From assembly GCA_965238005.1 (NCBI GenBank), contig OZ250165.1:4672001-4736000 (forward strand): a stretch of 64,000 nucleotides of DNA. The letters run 5' to 3'. The translations under genes and the position numbers were made by a program. Under the pieces are notes generated by a model. The model was not told the DNA's origin. It saw nothing but the letters and a program-made list of their open reading frames with translations, and ran no database searches. The stretch's first letter is position 1; every line of letters starts with the position of its first letter. Shown here one piece after another: positions 38,401-47,488 of this stretch. This DNA comes from Longimicrobiales bacterium. Its GTDB lineage: Bacteria > Gemmatimonadota > Gemmatimonadetes > Longimicrobiales > Gaopeijiaceae.

Positions 38401-40458
38401 GTTGGTCGCGTCGCCGAAGCGGACAGCCAAAATGGCCTCGGCGAGGAGCGTCCCCTGATCGTCGGCCTCCAGCGGCCGTCCCGCGGAGTCCTGAACCGAG
38501 AACGAGTAGATGATGGCGTCGGGCACGCCCTGTCCCTTGATCTCGTAGGGCACCACCGCGATGACCCGAAGACCCGAATTCTCCAGGATGGGCATGAAGT
38601 CCGAGAGGATCAGCCTCTCCCCTAAGAGGTAGAGCTTCAGCTCGGTCGTGGCCCCCTCCTCGTCTTCGGGGCCGCCCGTGGCCAGCGAGATCGACACCAT
38701 GCGATCGTCCGCCAGCATGGCTTCCAGCTCGAGGATGTCCTGCACCGCCACCGCCGGCTCTGTGGCCGCCCGGTATTCGGGGCTGAATCCCTCGCCGTAC
38801 CGGCGCGCCAGGCGCCGAGCCTCGTCGGGAGGACGCACCTTCTCGAGGCCCCCTTGGACCCGATCCGACCAAGACCGGATGAGCTCCCGGACCAGGTTCT
38901 CGAGGTCGCGGCCCTGGACTCCCAGGATCTCGTCACCGGGAGCCGTCATGGAGAAGTGCAGTCGGGCTTGGTCCCCCTCCCCCAGCGCCAGATAGTAGTT
39001 CAGGACCTCAGCCTGGAAACGCCGACCCAGAGCTTCCTCGATGGCGCGCCGGACCTCCCCCGAGAACCTCTCCTTCGGGATGATCACCATGACCGAGAAC
39101 CCCCGGCGCAGGGGGTCTTTCCGCAGCGTGACGCGGACGTCGGCGACGTGGTACGACGTCAGGACGATCTGGACGTCGGCGCCGATCTGCTCCACCGAAG
39201 AGACGAACAGCTCCTCCTTCGGCATGGAGCTGAAGATCGTCTTGATCTCCTTGTAGTCGTGCGATCCTTCGGCGGCACCGGCGTTCTCGAGGATCAGCTG
39301 AAGCTTGCGGCGTAGGATGGGGATCTTCTCGGCCTCCTCCGCGTAGGCCTTCGAGGTGAACAGGCCGATGAAGCGGTGCTCGCCCACGACCTCCCCATCC
39401 GGCGAGAGCTTCTTGACCCCGATATAGTCCATCCGGGCGAGGCGGTGCACGGTTGAAAGAGCGTTGGTCTTGCGGATGATCAGGTGTGGCCCGCCCTCCA
39501 CCAGGTCCCTGAGCCCGGGGTCGAGGTCCCTCAGGAGAACCGGCTCTGCACAGGACGACTCGGCCTCGTTCCGCATCATGCCCAGCCCCGAGCCCGGCTC
39601 GACGACGATGGCCTTGCCGCCCTCAGTGTCGACCAGTTGGTAGCCCCGGTATCCGAGGAAAACGAACCCCCCGTCCCGAACCCAACGGAGAAACGACTGG
39701 ATCTCCCCGAGCTCCTCGCTGATGTCGTCGAGCTCTTGCATACTCTCCGCGAGCTCGGCCACCGTCGCGTTCACCGCGTCGATCATGGGATGAAAGTCGT
39801 CCGTGACCCGCACCACGTCCTGAAGGCGCCGGCTGGCCTCGTTGCGGAGGAAGTCCTGGAGCTCCGGGTCCGTCACTCGGGTCACCTCGCAGTGCACCAG
39901 GGACTCCTTGGTCTCCCCCTCTCGGGAGGAATGCACCGCGGTGATCTCGCCGTCTTCCCCCCGCTCCACGTAGATCACGGGATAGATAAGATGCTCGATG
40001 GAGAGGTCCTGCGTGTGCAGGAACTCCCGCAGGGAGTCCACGATGAACGGACGCTCCGAGATGTTCGTCCGTATAACCGTTACCGGTGCGTACCACTCCT
40101 CGTTGTCGACGTCCGGATTGAACACCTCCACGTCGACCCGGTCCGGACGGGCGTGCTGGAGAAAGCGCCAGGCGCCAAGGGCCATGCGAGCCAGCGCGTC
40201 GGAGCTGCGCTCCTGCAGAAACTCCTCGGTCGCCTTGGAGAGGAAGATCTCGGCGAACGAGATGGCGAGATCTGCCTCATCCGGGGAGATCTGTCGCTCG
40301 AGCTGCCGGCATACGGCGTCGATGGTCGGCGAGTCCTGTCGGAGTCGGCGGACAGTTGCTTCGGAAGTGTCGCTCATGGGTAGCTCAGGGAGAGCCTGTA
40401 TCGCGTTGGCGTCGCGACGAGCAGGGGTCGGAGATGAGTCTCTGTCCGTGATCGTCAA
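35488..40458 (-). CDS. gdhB: Large NAD-specific glutamate dehydrogenase
   Basis: About 1650 aa; EGVHLRG.RVARGGIRYSDR, QMVKNAVIVP.GSKGG, DPYLVVAADKGT, GDMSGDVFGNG, LLWNGGIGTY; start may be 40378. Confidence 0.95.
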   Translation of the reverse strand: MTITDRDSSPTPARRDANAIQALPELPMSDTSEATVRRLRQDSPTIDAVCRQLERQISPDEADLAISFAEIFLSKATEEFLQERSSDALARMALGAWRFLQHARPDRVDVEVFNPDVDNEEWYAPVTVIRTNISERPFIVDSLREFLHTQDLSIEHLIYPVIYVERGEDGEITAVHSSREGETKESLVHCEVTRVTDPELQDFLRNEASRRLQDVVRVTDDFHPMIDAVNATVAELAESMQELDDISEELGEIQSFLRWVRDGGFVFLGYRGYQLVDTEGGKAIVVEPGSGLGMMRNEAESSCAEPVLLRDLDPGLRDLVEGGPHLIIRKTNALSTVHRLARMDYIGVKKLSPDGEVVGEHRFIGLFTSKAYAEEAEKIPILRRKLQLILENAGAAEGSHDYKEIKTIFSSMPKEELFVSSVEQIGADVQIVLTSYHVADVRVTLRKDPLRRGFSVMVIIPKERFSGEVRRAIEEALGRRFQAEVLNYYLALGEGDQARLHFSMTAPGDEILGVQGRDLENLVRELIRSWSDRVQGGLEKVRPPDEARRLARRYGEGFSPEYRAATEPAVAVQDILELEAMLADDRMVSISLATGGPEDEEGATTELKLYLLGERLILSDFMPILENSGLRVIAVVPYEIKGQGVPDAIIYSFSVQDSAGRPLEADDQGTLLAEAILAVRFGDATNDSLNALVLLAGLSWREADVLRAYVAYAFQLGAVPSRRSLPTALVSYPNIARVFFDIFEAKFDPEGPVTLKDRKVLVEDLRALLTQLMTQVTLLADDRALRRMVALLDATVRTNYFRNGGRSPTRRSGGVPYISLKVSARALRDVARTRLLYEVWVRSSRMEGVHLRGARVARGGIRYSDRPDDFRTEILGLVNTQMVKNAVIVPAGSKGGYITLRKIADRDEMAEEAREQYETLMRGLLDLTDNLDHQGAIVPPEHVVCWDKADPYLVVAADKGTTKYSDLANGVAAEYDFWLGDAFASGGSQGYDHKVVGITAGGAWECVKRHFREEGKDIQSEPFTVVGIGDMSGDVFGNGMLLSTQIMLIAAFDHRHVFIDPDPDPETSFKERQRLFGLGPSSWDDYDRDCLSAGAMIVPRGAKEVDLTPEARKALGVPDEVETLDGESLIRVVLQAPVELLWNGGIGTYVKAPYESHADAGDPSNEAVRVSSDELRCRVVGEGGNLGFTQRARIDFALRGGRLNTDALDNSGGVDLSDREVNLKILLRHPVRSGAMGEDERNQLLEDVTDSVAQLVLTDNEGQSLAVSLDEVRAKDGLDDFRDLMSALEKTGGLERATEHLPTWEVLFDRLEELGSSLTRPELSVLLAYAKMELMGRLLKSKLPDDAATKEYLLRYFPKAALKAAGKDGLGLHRLRREIVACQLTNDLVGLMGATFVNRVARDTGREAADVARAWFVAARLAGHDQLVRRVSGTAAGLSSQVAYRWLLGLSRVLERTTRWLLANVDSENQTATLINENRTKLQKLREDFGDFVAGEDRVVFERRVAEIERHGAEPAFARSLITLRFLDQLLEILRVARETGAETLVAGRAYYKVSELFHIPWLRQAIFGSASEDRWEQRAAQALAADLSRAHYSLATVVVGSGDGNGPLSTGAGEYGRFQELMEEIRAEESMSVSGLSVAVREIALMAERANGSTE

Positions 40459-40653
40459 AGATAGAAACGGCCGTTGCTCTCTTCAAGGAGTGCGTTGCTC
40501 CTCACACCGGATATCGGCAGCCATGGAGCGGAAGGCAAGAAGCGTAACCGGATGCCGGAGCAGACGAGGATCGCCCTTTCAGCCCTGGCCCCCGCCCACC
40601 GGCTGCGCCTAGCTTTGGAACGCGGGCCACGCTTTGACGATCCCAGGCAATTG

Positions 40654-41895
40654 ATGCGCTTCATTCACGCCGCCGACGTACACCTCGACACCGCATTCTC
40701 GAGCCGCTCGGACACAGTCCGTACGCGTCTGCGAGAAGCGTCGCGTATCGCATTTCGACGGCTCGTGGATCTGGCACTCGATGAGCGGGTGGACGCCGTC
40801 CTCTTGGCCGGTGATCTTTTCGACGACGGACGGCTTTCTTTCCAGACCGAGCGCTTCCTCCTCGAGCAGCTCCACCGCCTCGAGCAGGCGGGCATCCCCG
40901 TAGTGTACGCCACAGGAAACCATGATCCCGGGCGTGAAGGGCAACGATCCGCGGATCTGGCGTGGCCCGGGAACGTAACCGTTGCGCGGGACCGCGACCC
41001 CGTGCGCATCGCAGTGGAGAGCTGCGACGGGGAGACCCTGGGCATGGTGACCGCCGCGGGGCATGAGACCTCCTCCGAGACGGTGGATCTGTCGGATGCC
41101 TTCCCGACCCCCGACGGACGCCTCCCGGAGGTGGCGGTCCTCCACTCCCAGGTAGTCGACTCCCCAGGATCCGCGGATCATCAGCGGTACGCCCCCTCGC
41201 ACCTCGAGACCCTGAGCAGCTCGGGCTTCGACTACTGGGCGCTGGGCCATGTCCACAAGCGCTCCTGCCTCTGCGAGCACCCGGGCATCCACTACCCCGG
41301 GAATCTCCAGGGACGCACGCACGGCGAGCGGGGAGCCAAGGGGTGCCTTCTCGTGGAGCTCTCCCCGGGAGCGCCCCCACGCGTGGAATTCAAGGAGATG
41401 GCTCCCATCCGGTGGGAGGACGTGGAGGTTCAGGATCCCACCGACGCCGACACGCTCGACGCCCTCGTCCGCACCGTTGCTTCGCGATGGGACGAGATGG
41501 CGGACGGCACGGGCGTATCGGGGTGGATCGCACGCGTCCGCCTCAGCGGGGCCACGCCGCTGTGGAGGGAGCTCTCGCGGGAGGAGGACCAGGAGCACCT
41601 GCGGGAGGAGCTGGCTGATCGACTCGGCGTGCTGGACCTGACTCTCCAGATCGGCAGCGTCCATCCGGAGATCCGGGCGGAGGATCACGCGGACCGAGAG
41701 GACGTGCTCGGCCAGGCCCTACGACTGGTGGCCGCGCTCCGATCCGGCGAGACCACCTTGACCGATCTTCCCAGCGATCAGCTCATCGGCCTCGACGAGC
41801 CGGATCACCTGGACGAGTACGTCAGGAAGCTCCTGCATGTAGGCGAAGAGGAGATCCTTTCACGTATGCTCAAGAGCGTCGTCGAGCAGAGATGA
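40654..41895 (+). CDS. Mre11/SbcD-like metallophosphoesterase (YhaO-like)
   Basis: MRFIHAADVHLD, AGDLFD, GNHD, DYWALGHVH, YPGNLQGR. Confidence 0.92.
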   Translation: MRFIHAADVHLDTAFSSRSDTVRTRLREASRIAFRRLVDLALDERVDAVLLAGDLFDDGRLSFQTERFLLEQLHRLEQAGIPVVYATGNHDPGREGQRSADLAWPGNVTVARDRDPVRIAVESCDGETLGMVTAAGHETSSETVDLSDAFPTPDGRLPEVAVLHSQVVDSPGSADHQRYAPSHLETLSSSGFDYWALGHVHKRSCLCEHPGIHYPGNLQGRTHGERGAKGCLLVELSPGAPPRVEFKEMAPIRWEDVEVQDPTDADTLDALVRTVASRWDEMADGTGVSGWIARVRLSGATPLWRELSREEDQEHLREELADRLGVLDLTLQIGSVHPEIRAEDHADREDVLGQALRLVAALRSGETTLTDLPSDQLIGLDEPDHLDEYVRKLLHVGEEEILSRMLKSVVEQR

Positions 41896-44594
41896 GGTTC
41901 GAGCGCATACGCGCCCGGGCGTTCGGCCGCCTGGAAGAGTTCGACACGGGCGAAGAACCGCTCGCGAGCCTCACGGTGGTCGTGGGACCGAACGAGTCCG
42001 GCAAGACCACCTTCTTCCACATGCTCGGCTCGGTCATCTACGGGCTCTATCCCACCTCCCGGGATCAGCATCCATATACGCCGTGGAGCGGCCGTGACCT
42101 GGACGTGGAGGCCGACCTCCGCCGGGACGGCGATGAGCTGTGGAGCGTCCGCAGGCGTCTCCTGGCGTCCCCCACCGGTCACCTCACCCGAGGTGATCAC
42201 GAGGTGCCCCTGCGAAACCAGACCCTGTCCTGTGCGACCCACGTCACGCGCGGGGTCTTCCATCAGGTGTTCGCCCTGACCCTGGCCGAGGTGGCCACCC
42301 TGGAGTCGGAGGCCTGGTCGGAGATCCAGGACCGGCTCATCGGCGCCATGGGGGCCCGAGACCTGGTACCGGCCCGCTCGGCAGCTGAGGTTCTCGAGGT
42401 CGAGGCCCGGGGGCTTTGGCGGCCCGACCGTCGGGGCAAGCAGGACATCCGTGAGCTGCGAGACCGGATTCACCGCGCGTCCACGCGACGGCGCCAAGCG
42501 CTGGACACGGATCGACTCCTGAGAGGGTCAATGAAGAAGCTGCAGCGGACCCGTGAGGAGCTGAAGGAGGCCAAGCTCTTGCGCGAGCAGCAACGCCTCC
42601 TGATCGAGCGCACCACCACGCTCCTCCCTGTGAGAAAGCTCCTCGACCGTGCAGCAGAGCTCGACCTTGAGGCGGGCCCGACCCAGGAGCTCGACGCGAT
42701 TCCCCGGGACCCCGTCGGCACCCACAGCCGCCTCGTAGCCGACGTGGCCAAGCTCCAGAGCCGTCTCGAACGCGCATGTGAGGAGGCCGACGCGCCCCGG
42801 GATCGAGCCGCCCGCTTCGGATCGGCCGAGGAGCGCATGCTCGGGGCTCGAGCGGACATCGAAGATCTGGTGGTCGAGGTGGCCGGCCTAAAGCCTGCTA
42901 GTACTCGTCTCGGTGCCCTCGAGCGCGAGATCCAGGACCGTCGCCGTCGCGCCGACTCCTCGCTCAACGAGCTCTTCACGCGAGATCTCACCGAAAGCGA
43001 AGAGAAGGTCCTCAGGCGCATCGTGCCCAAGGAGCTCCACGACCGGGTCAGAGACACGGCTAGGGCCCGGGACCGGCAGCTTGAGCACGAGGTACGCTCC
43101 ACGCTGCGCCAGGCCGCTCCGAGGCCCTCCGCCCGTACGCTGATGGTCGGAGCCGCGTCCGGCCTGGCGGCCGCGGCTCTGTTGCTTTCCGGGGGCGACG
43201 AGGCCTGGCCGCGGGTCATCGGTGCAGTCCTGGCCCTGGTCTCTGCAATGTTCCTCACTCGCTGGTGGACCATGCGCGAGGCGTTCGAACGGGGTGAGAG
43301 AGGCGTACCCTCCGACTTCGCTACCGTGGGAGATGCCGCCGCCTGCCAGGGCGTGGCCGATGGTGCCGAGGGCGTGGAGTCGACCGTCCGGGAGCTTCGC
43401 AAGCTCCTCGCTGATCTGCCGATCCGTGACGACGTTGTCGAGGAGGCCGGGCCCGAGCTCAGCGTCACCGTCGCGCGGCTCCAGGAGCTGTTGGACGAGT
43501 TGGATGCTCGGACCGTCGAGGCCGAGCGCTCCAGGGAGGCCTTCGACCGGGCGCACCAGCGCATCGCAACGGCCGGCCGGGGGCTCGAGATCGATCTTCC
43601 CCTGGACGACTTGGTGGCGGTTCACGTGCTGGAGAGCAAGCTACGGGAAGCGGAGAGGGCGGAGGAGGCGTCCAAGTTCGCCCACCGAGAGCTCGAGAGC
43701 CTGGACCGAGCCCAGGACGACCTCCGGAGCGAGCTGGACGCGCACACCGCCGAGCTGCGCTCCCTCGAAGAGGCCCTCCGAAGGCTGGGCGACGACGATG
43801 TGGCCGCCGGATTGGAGGAAGCGGAGCGGAGACGGCGAGGCCGCGTGCGTGCGGAGCAGATCCGTGAGGACCTGATGCGCTCCCACCCCGATCTGGACGA
43901 GCTCCTGGCTCGACTCGACGAGCTTGGAAACTCCGACGGGCGTCCCATAGGAGACGACGAGCTGGCGGCTGCACGGATCGCCCTCGAGGAGCAGTCGGAC
44001 CGGATCGAGGAGCTCACCGGGCATATGAAGGAGCTCGAGCACGAGTGCGGCCGTGCCGAGGAGCAGATCACGGCCGATCAGATCGACGGGGAGATCGAGG
44101 CCTTCGAGGCCGAGCTCGCCCACTTGAAGGCCGAGCACGACCGGAAGCTCCTGTTGGCGCACCTCGTCCGGGAAGCCGATCGCCGATTCCGCGAGGAGCA
44201 CCAGCCCGACGTTGTGCGTAAGGCCTCGGAGTACCTGAAGACCATCACGAGCGGCCGGTACGATCGCATCACCGTGGGGGAGGCCGGGGACTTCTACGTG
44301 CGTGGGCCCGGGGCCGGCGGGGCCGTGGAGGCGTCGAGCCTGTCCACGGGAGCCCAGCAACAGCTCTACCTGGCAATCCGGTTGGCGGTCATGAGTCATC
44401 TGGACGAAGGTAGAGAGCGTCTCCCCGCCTTCGTCGACGAGACCTTCGTGAACTGGGACGATTCCCGGCGCGCCCGAGGCTTCGAGCTCCTGCACGAGCT
44501 CTCACGGACCCGTCAGGTGTTCGTCATGACCTGTCACGCACCGTGGGCCGACGAGTTGGCGGAGCACGGTGCTCAGAGGATTGACCTGGAGTGA
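41892..44594 (+). CDS. YhaN-like (AAA_27) SMC/Rad50-type ATPase
   Basis: Walker A GPNESGKTT, long coiled coil with central hydrophobic hairpin, LSTGAQQQLYLAIRLA, VDETFVNWD, MTCH. Confidence 0.9.
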   Translation: MRFERIRARAFGRLEEFDTGEEPLASLTVVVGPNESGKTTFFHMLGSVIYGLYPTSRDQHPYTPWSGRDLDVEADLRRDGDELWSVRRRLLASPTGHLTRGDHEVPLRNQTLSCATHVTRGVFHQVFALTLAEVATLESEAWSEIQDRLIGAMGARDLVPARSAAEVLEVEARGLWRPDRRGKQDIRELRDRIHRASTRRRQALDTDRLLRGSMKKLQRTREELKEAKLLREQQRLLIERTTTLLPVRKLLDRAAELDLEAGPTQELDAIPRDPVGTHSRLVADVAKLQSRLERACEEADAPRDRAARFGSAEERMLGARADIEDLVVEVAGLKPASTRLGALEREIQDRRRRADSSLNELFTRDLTESEEKVLRRIVPKELHDRVRDTARARDRQLEHEVRSTLRQAAPRPSARTLMVGAASGLAAAALLLSGGDEAWPRVIGAVLALVSAMFLTRWWTMREAFERGERGVPSDFATVGDAAACQGVADGAEGVESTVRELRKLLADLPIRDDVVEEAGPELSVTVARLQELLDELDARTVEAERSREAFDRAHQRIATAGRGLEIDLPLDDLVAVHVLESKLREAERAEEASKFAHRELESLDRAQDDLRSELDAHTAELRSLEEALRRLGDDDVAAGLEEAERRRRGRVRAEQIREDLMRSHPDLDELLARLDELGNSDGRPIGDDELAAARIALEEQSDRIEELTGHMKELEHECGRAEEQITADQIDGEIEAFEAELAHLKAEHDRKLLLAHLVREADRRFREEHQPDVVRKASEYLKTITSGRYDRITVGEAGDFYVRGPGAGGAVEASSLSTGAQQQLYLAIRLAVMSHLDEGRERLPAFVDETFVNWDDSRRARGFELLHELSRTRQVFVMTCHAPWADELAEHGAQRIDLE

Positions 44595-45445
44595 CCACCC
44601 GGCCCCCGGCGTGGGAATATGCGCTGCCCCTCCACGTGGAGTGCCACGGGGACGGCGGCAGCCCTGTCGTGCTCCTGCACGGCTACGCAGCGAGCTCCTT
44701 CTTCTGGCGGTATTGGATTCCCGCTCTGGCGGAGTATCACGAGGTGTGGGCGGTGGACCTCAAGGGGCACGGCTCGGCGCCGGCTCCTCCGGACCATCGC
44801 TACTCTCCTCATGACCACGCCGAGTTGATCCACCGCTTCATCATCCAAAGGGACCTGCGTGAGCTGACGCTCTTCGGGCACTCCATGGGTGGGGGGATCG
44901 CGTTGCTCGTTGCCCTTCGACTGCTGGACCAGGGACGGCTCCAACGACTGGTGCTAGTCTCCAGCGCCGCCTACCCGCAGCGTCTGCCCCCCTTCGTGAA
45001 GCTGGCCCGCAGGGGTCGAGCGACCCGCTGGCTGTTCGCGGTGGTCCCGAAGCGGCGGCTCATCAGGTGGGTGCTCCGGTCCATCGTCTACGATCCGTTA
45101 GCCATCAGCGGAGCTCAGGTGGAGGCCTACGCCGAGCCGCTCACGAGGGCACCTCATCGCCTGGCCCTCATCGAAACAGCACTGGGCATCGTCCCGTCGG
45201 ATCTCGACGAGTTCACCGCCCGTTTTCGCGAGATCGACGTTCCGACGCTTCTCCTCTGGGGGCGTCACGACCGCGTGGTGCCCCTCTCCGTGGGTGAGAG
45301 GCTCTCTGGCGCCCTACCCCAGGCCACCCTCGAGGTGTTGGAGGAGTGCGGACATCTACCGCCCGAGGAGCTCCCGGAGGACTCTCTGGAGATCGTCCAG
45401 AGCTTCCTCAGGGGCGGCGTCTCAGACGCTCCGTCAGAAGGGTAA
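44591..45445 (+). CDS. Alpha/beta hydrolase
   Basis: LLHG, DLKGHG, GHSMGG, WGRHD, CGHLPPEE. Confidence 0.92.
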   Translation: MTTRPPAWEYALPLHVECHGDGGSPVVLLHGYAASSFFWRYWIPALAEYHEVWAVDLKGHGSAPAPPDHRYSPHDHAELIHRFIIQRDLRELTLFGHSMGGGIALLVALRLLDQGRLQRLVLVSSAAYPQRLPPFVKLARRGRATRWLFAVVPKRRLIRWVLRSIVYDPLAISGAQVEAYAEPLTRAPHRLALIETALGIVPSDLDEFTARFREIDVPTLLLWGRHDRVVPLSVGERLSGALPQATLEVLEECGHLPPEELPEDSLEIVQSFLRGGVSDAPSEG

Positions 45446-46130
45446 GGAGCATCTTGCTCCCGGCGCGCACCGTGCCCATCACCGAGCCCGATATCTTGGA
45501 CTCTCCAGCGGATCGAGCTCGGTGGGCGACCTCGATCTCCACGATTCGGAACGCGTGCCGAGCCGCCCGGATTTGCATCTGCAGCGTCCAGCCCCAGTTA
45601 CGATCGTCCATCTCCAGCTCGATGAGCTTGCGGAAGTCGATGGCCCTAAACGGGGGCAGGTCACGAAAGCTGCGACCGAAGAGGAGACGAATCATCGAGG
45701 TGACGAGGCGGTTTCCGAGACGCGCATGTCTGAAGACGGTGCCGACCTTTCCGCCCCCTCGACGTCTGACGCCCAGCGTTAGGTCCGCCTCTCCTCGCAA
45801 GATCGGATCGACGAGCATCTCGATCTGGCCCGGACCTTCCCCGTGATCGGCGTCCAGGAATACCAGGACCGCAGGTGGATTAGGCATGGACCGCAGGAAG
45901 TCGATGCCTGCGAGGCACGCCGCTCCGTAGCCCCGCTGGGGCTCGGTCACCAGGTACGCCCCTCCTTCCACGGCCACGTCCGGGGTCCGGTCCCTGGAGC
46001 CGTTGTCCACCACCACTACCTGCCCCACGGATCGGTCCCGCAGGTCGGAGAGGAGCCCCGGAAGTGTTTCCTCCTCATCAAGGGCGGGGATCAGCACTGC
46101 AACGAAGTGGGTCACGGGGAGACCGGGCAC
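45408..46130 (-). CDS. Glycosyltransferase family 2
   Basis: LIPALDEE, VDNGSRD, RGYGAACLAG, FLDAD, WGWTLQMQ, GESKISG. Confidence 0.9.
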   Translation of the reverse strand: MPGLPVTHFVAVLIPALDEEETLPGLLSDLRDRSVGQVVVVDNGSRDRTPDVAVEGGAYLVTEPQRGYGAACLAGIDFLRSMPNPPAVLVFLDADHGEGPGQIEMLVDPILRGEADLTLGVRRRGGGKVGTVFRHARLGNRLVTSMIRLLFGRSFRDLPPFRAIDFRKLIELEMDDRNWGWTLQMQIRAARHAFRIVEIEVAHRARSAGESKISGSVMGTVRAGSKMLLTLLTERLRRRP

Positions 46131-46189
46131 GGTGGCGAGCCAATGAAGCGTCGGCGGTGAACCTAACGCCTCCGGAGAAGGAACCCCTC

Positions 46190-47488
46190 ATGGGCTCTGG
46201 CCGTTTCCTCGCGGCCATAGGCGCCGTCGAGCTCGTCCTCCTGGCCACCGCTGCATGGTGGCCTGGGCGAGGCTTCCCCTCGCCCGGCCTCGGCCTCGTG
46301 GGGGGCGCCTTCTTGGCGTACGGGCTTGCCGCATACGCGACCGGACGGGGGGGGCCACAACGCTCCGTCCGGACAGAGCTCATGATCATCTGGGTGTGGG
46401 CCCTCGTCTTCCGCCTGGTCCTGCTTCCGGTGCCCCCCGAGCTCACGGACGACTTCTACCGATATCTCTGGGACGGGCACGTCCAGCTTCAGGGCGTCAA
46501 CCCGTACCTTTACGCGCCGGCCGATCCGGCCTTGGAGGCGCTGCGGACACCGTGGCACGGACTCATCAACAGTCCGTCGGTGTTCACCATCTACCCGCCC
46601 CTGGCCCAGATCGTCTTCCTGCTGAACGCCCTGCTGGGAGGGACGATCCTCGGCCTGAAGGTGGTGTGGGTGGGCCTGGATCTTGTGACCGCGTTCCTCC
46701 TGGGAAGGGTGGCGAGCCGGTCGGGGCGTGACCCCCGGGGGGTGCTGACCCTCTACCTGTGGTCCCCATTGCTCATCATCGAGACCGCCTGGAACGGGCA
46801 CCTGGAGGCCTTGGGGCTCGTGTTCATCGCCCTTCTCCTCTATTCCGGCGCCCACCCGGCGCGCGTGGGAGTGGCCCTGGCCCTGGCCACGCTGGCCAAG
46901 TTCGCTCCCGCCGCCGCTCTGCCTCCGCTCTGGAGACGGTACGGATGGCGGATGGTGCTGGCGCTCGGCGTCACCCTCGCGGTGCTCTATCTGCCTTACG
47001 TGTCGGCGGGCAAGATGCTGTGGGGAGGCCTGTCTACGTTCGCCGAGCACTGGCGATTCCAGGAGGGTGCCTTCGCGGTCTTGGAGTGGATCATTCCCGG
47101 CCCCGTGGCGCCCCGTGTGGCGGCGGGGCTGATCGTCCTGGCGGTCATCGGTTGGACGACCTGGAGGTCGTACAATGCCGAGAAAGCCCTTTTTTGGATC
47201 CTGGGAGCTGGCCTGCTCCTTTCCCCCACCGTCCACCCCTGGTACGTGCTCTGGGCCCTTCCGTTCGCGGCCCTGCGCGGGAACCGGGGCTGGATCCTCC
47301 TAAGCGGGCTCGTATTCCTAGGCTACTGGGGCCTCGAGACGTATCACTCCCAGGGAGTCTGGCCTCAGCCCGTGTGGGCCCGCTTGCTGCTCTGGGCCCC
47401 GGTCTTCGGATTGCTTGCCTACGATGCCACGGGGCTCTCCGGGCGAGGCGTGGCGGCGGCCGAGGTGGAGGCGGCCGAGGTCGTCTAG
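46190..47488 (+). CDS. GT-C membrane glycosyltransferase (family 87-like)
   Basis: LTDDFYRYLWDG, GVNPY, TIYPPLAQ, YLWSPL, LSPTVHPWY; start uncertain. Confidence 0.85.
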   Translation: MGSGRFLAAIGAVELVLLATAAWWPGRGFPSPGLGLVGGAFLAYGLAAYATGRGGPQRSVRTELMIIWVWALVFRLVLLPVPPELTDDFYRYLWDGHVQLQGVNPYLYAPADPALEALRTPWHGLINSPSVFTIYPPLAQIVFLLNALLGGTILGLKVVWVGLDLVTAFLLGRVASRSGRDPRGVLTLYLWSPLLIIETAWNGHLEALGLVFIALLLYSGAHPARVGVALALATLAKFAPAAALPPLWRRYGWRMVLALGVTLAVLYLPYVSAGKMLWGGLSTFAEHWRFQEGAFAVLEWIIPGPVAPRVAAGLIVLAVIGWTTWRSYNAEKALFWILGAGLLLSPTVHPWYVLWALPFAALRGNRGWILLSGLVFLGYWGLETYHSQGVWPQPVWARLLLWAPVFGLLAYDATGLSGRGVAAAEVEAAEVV

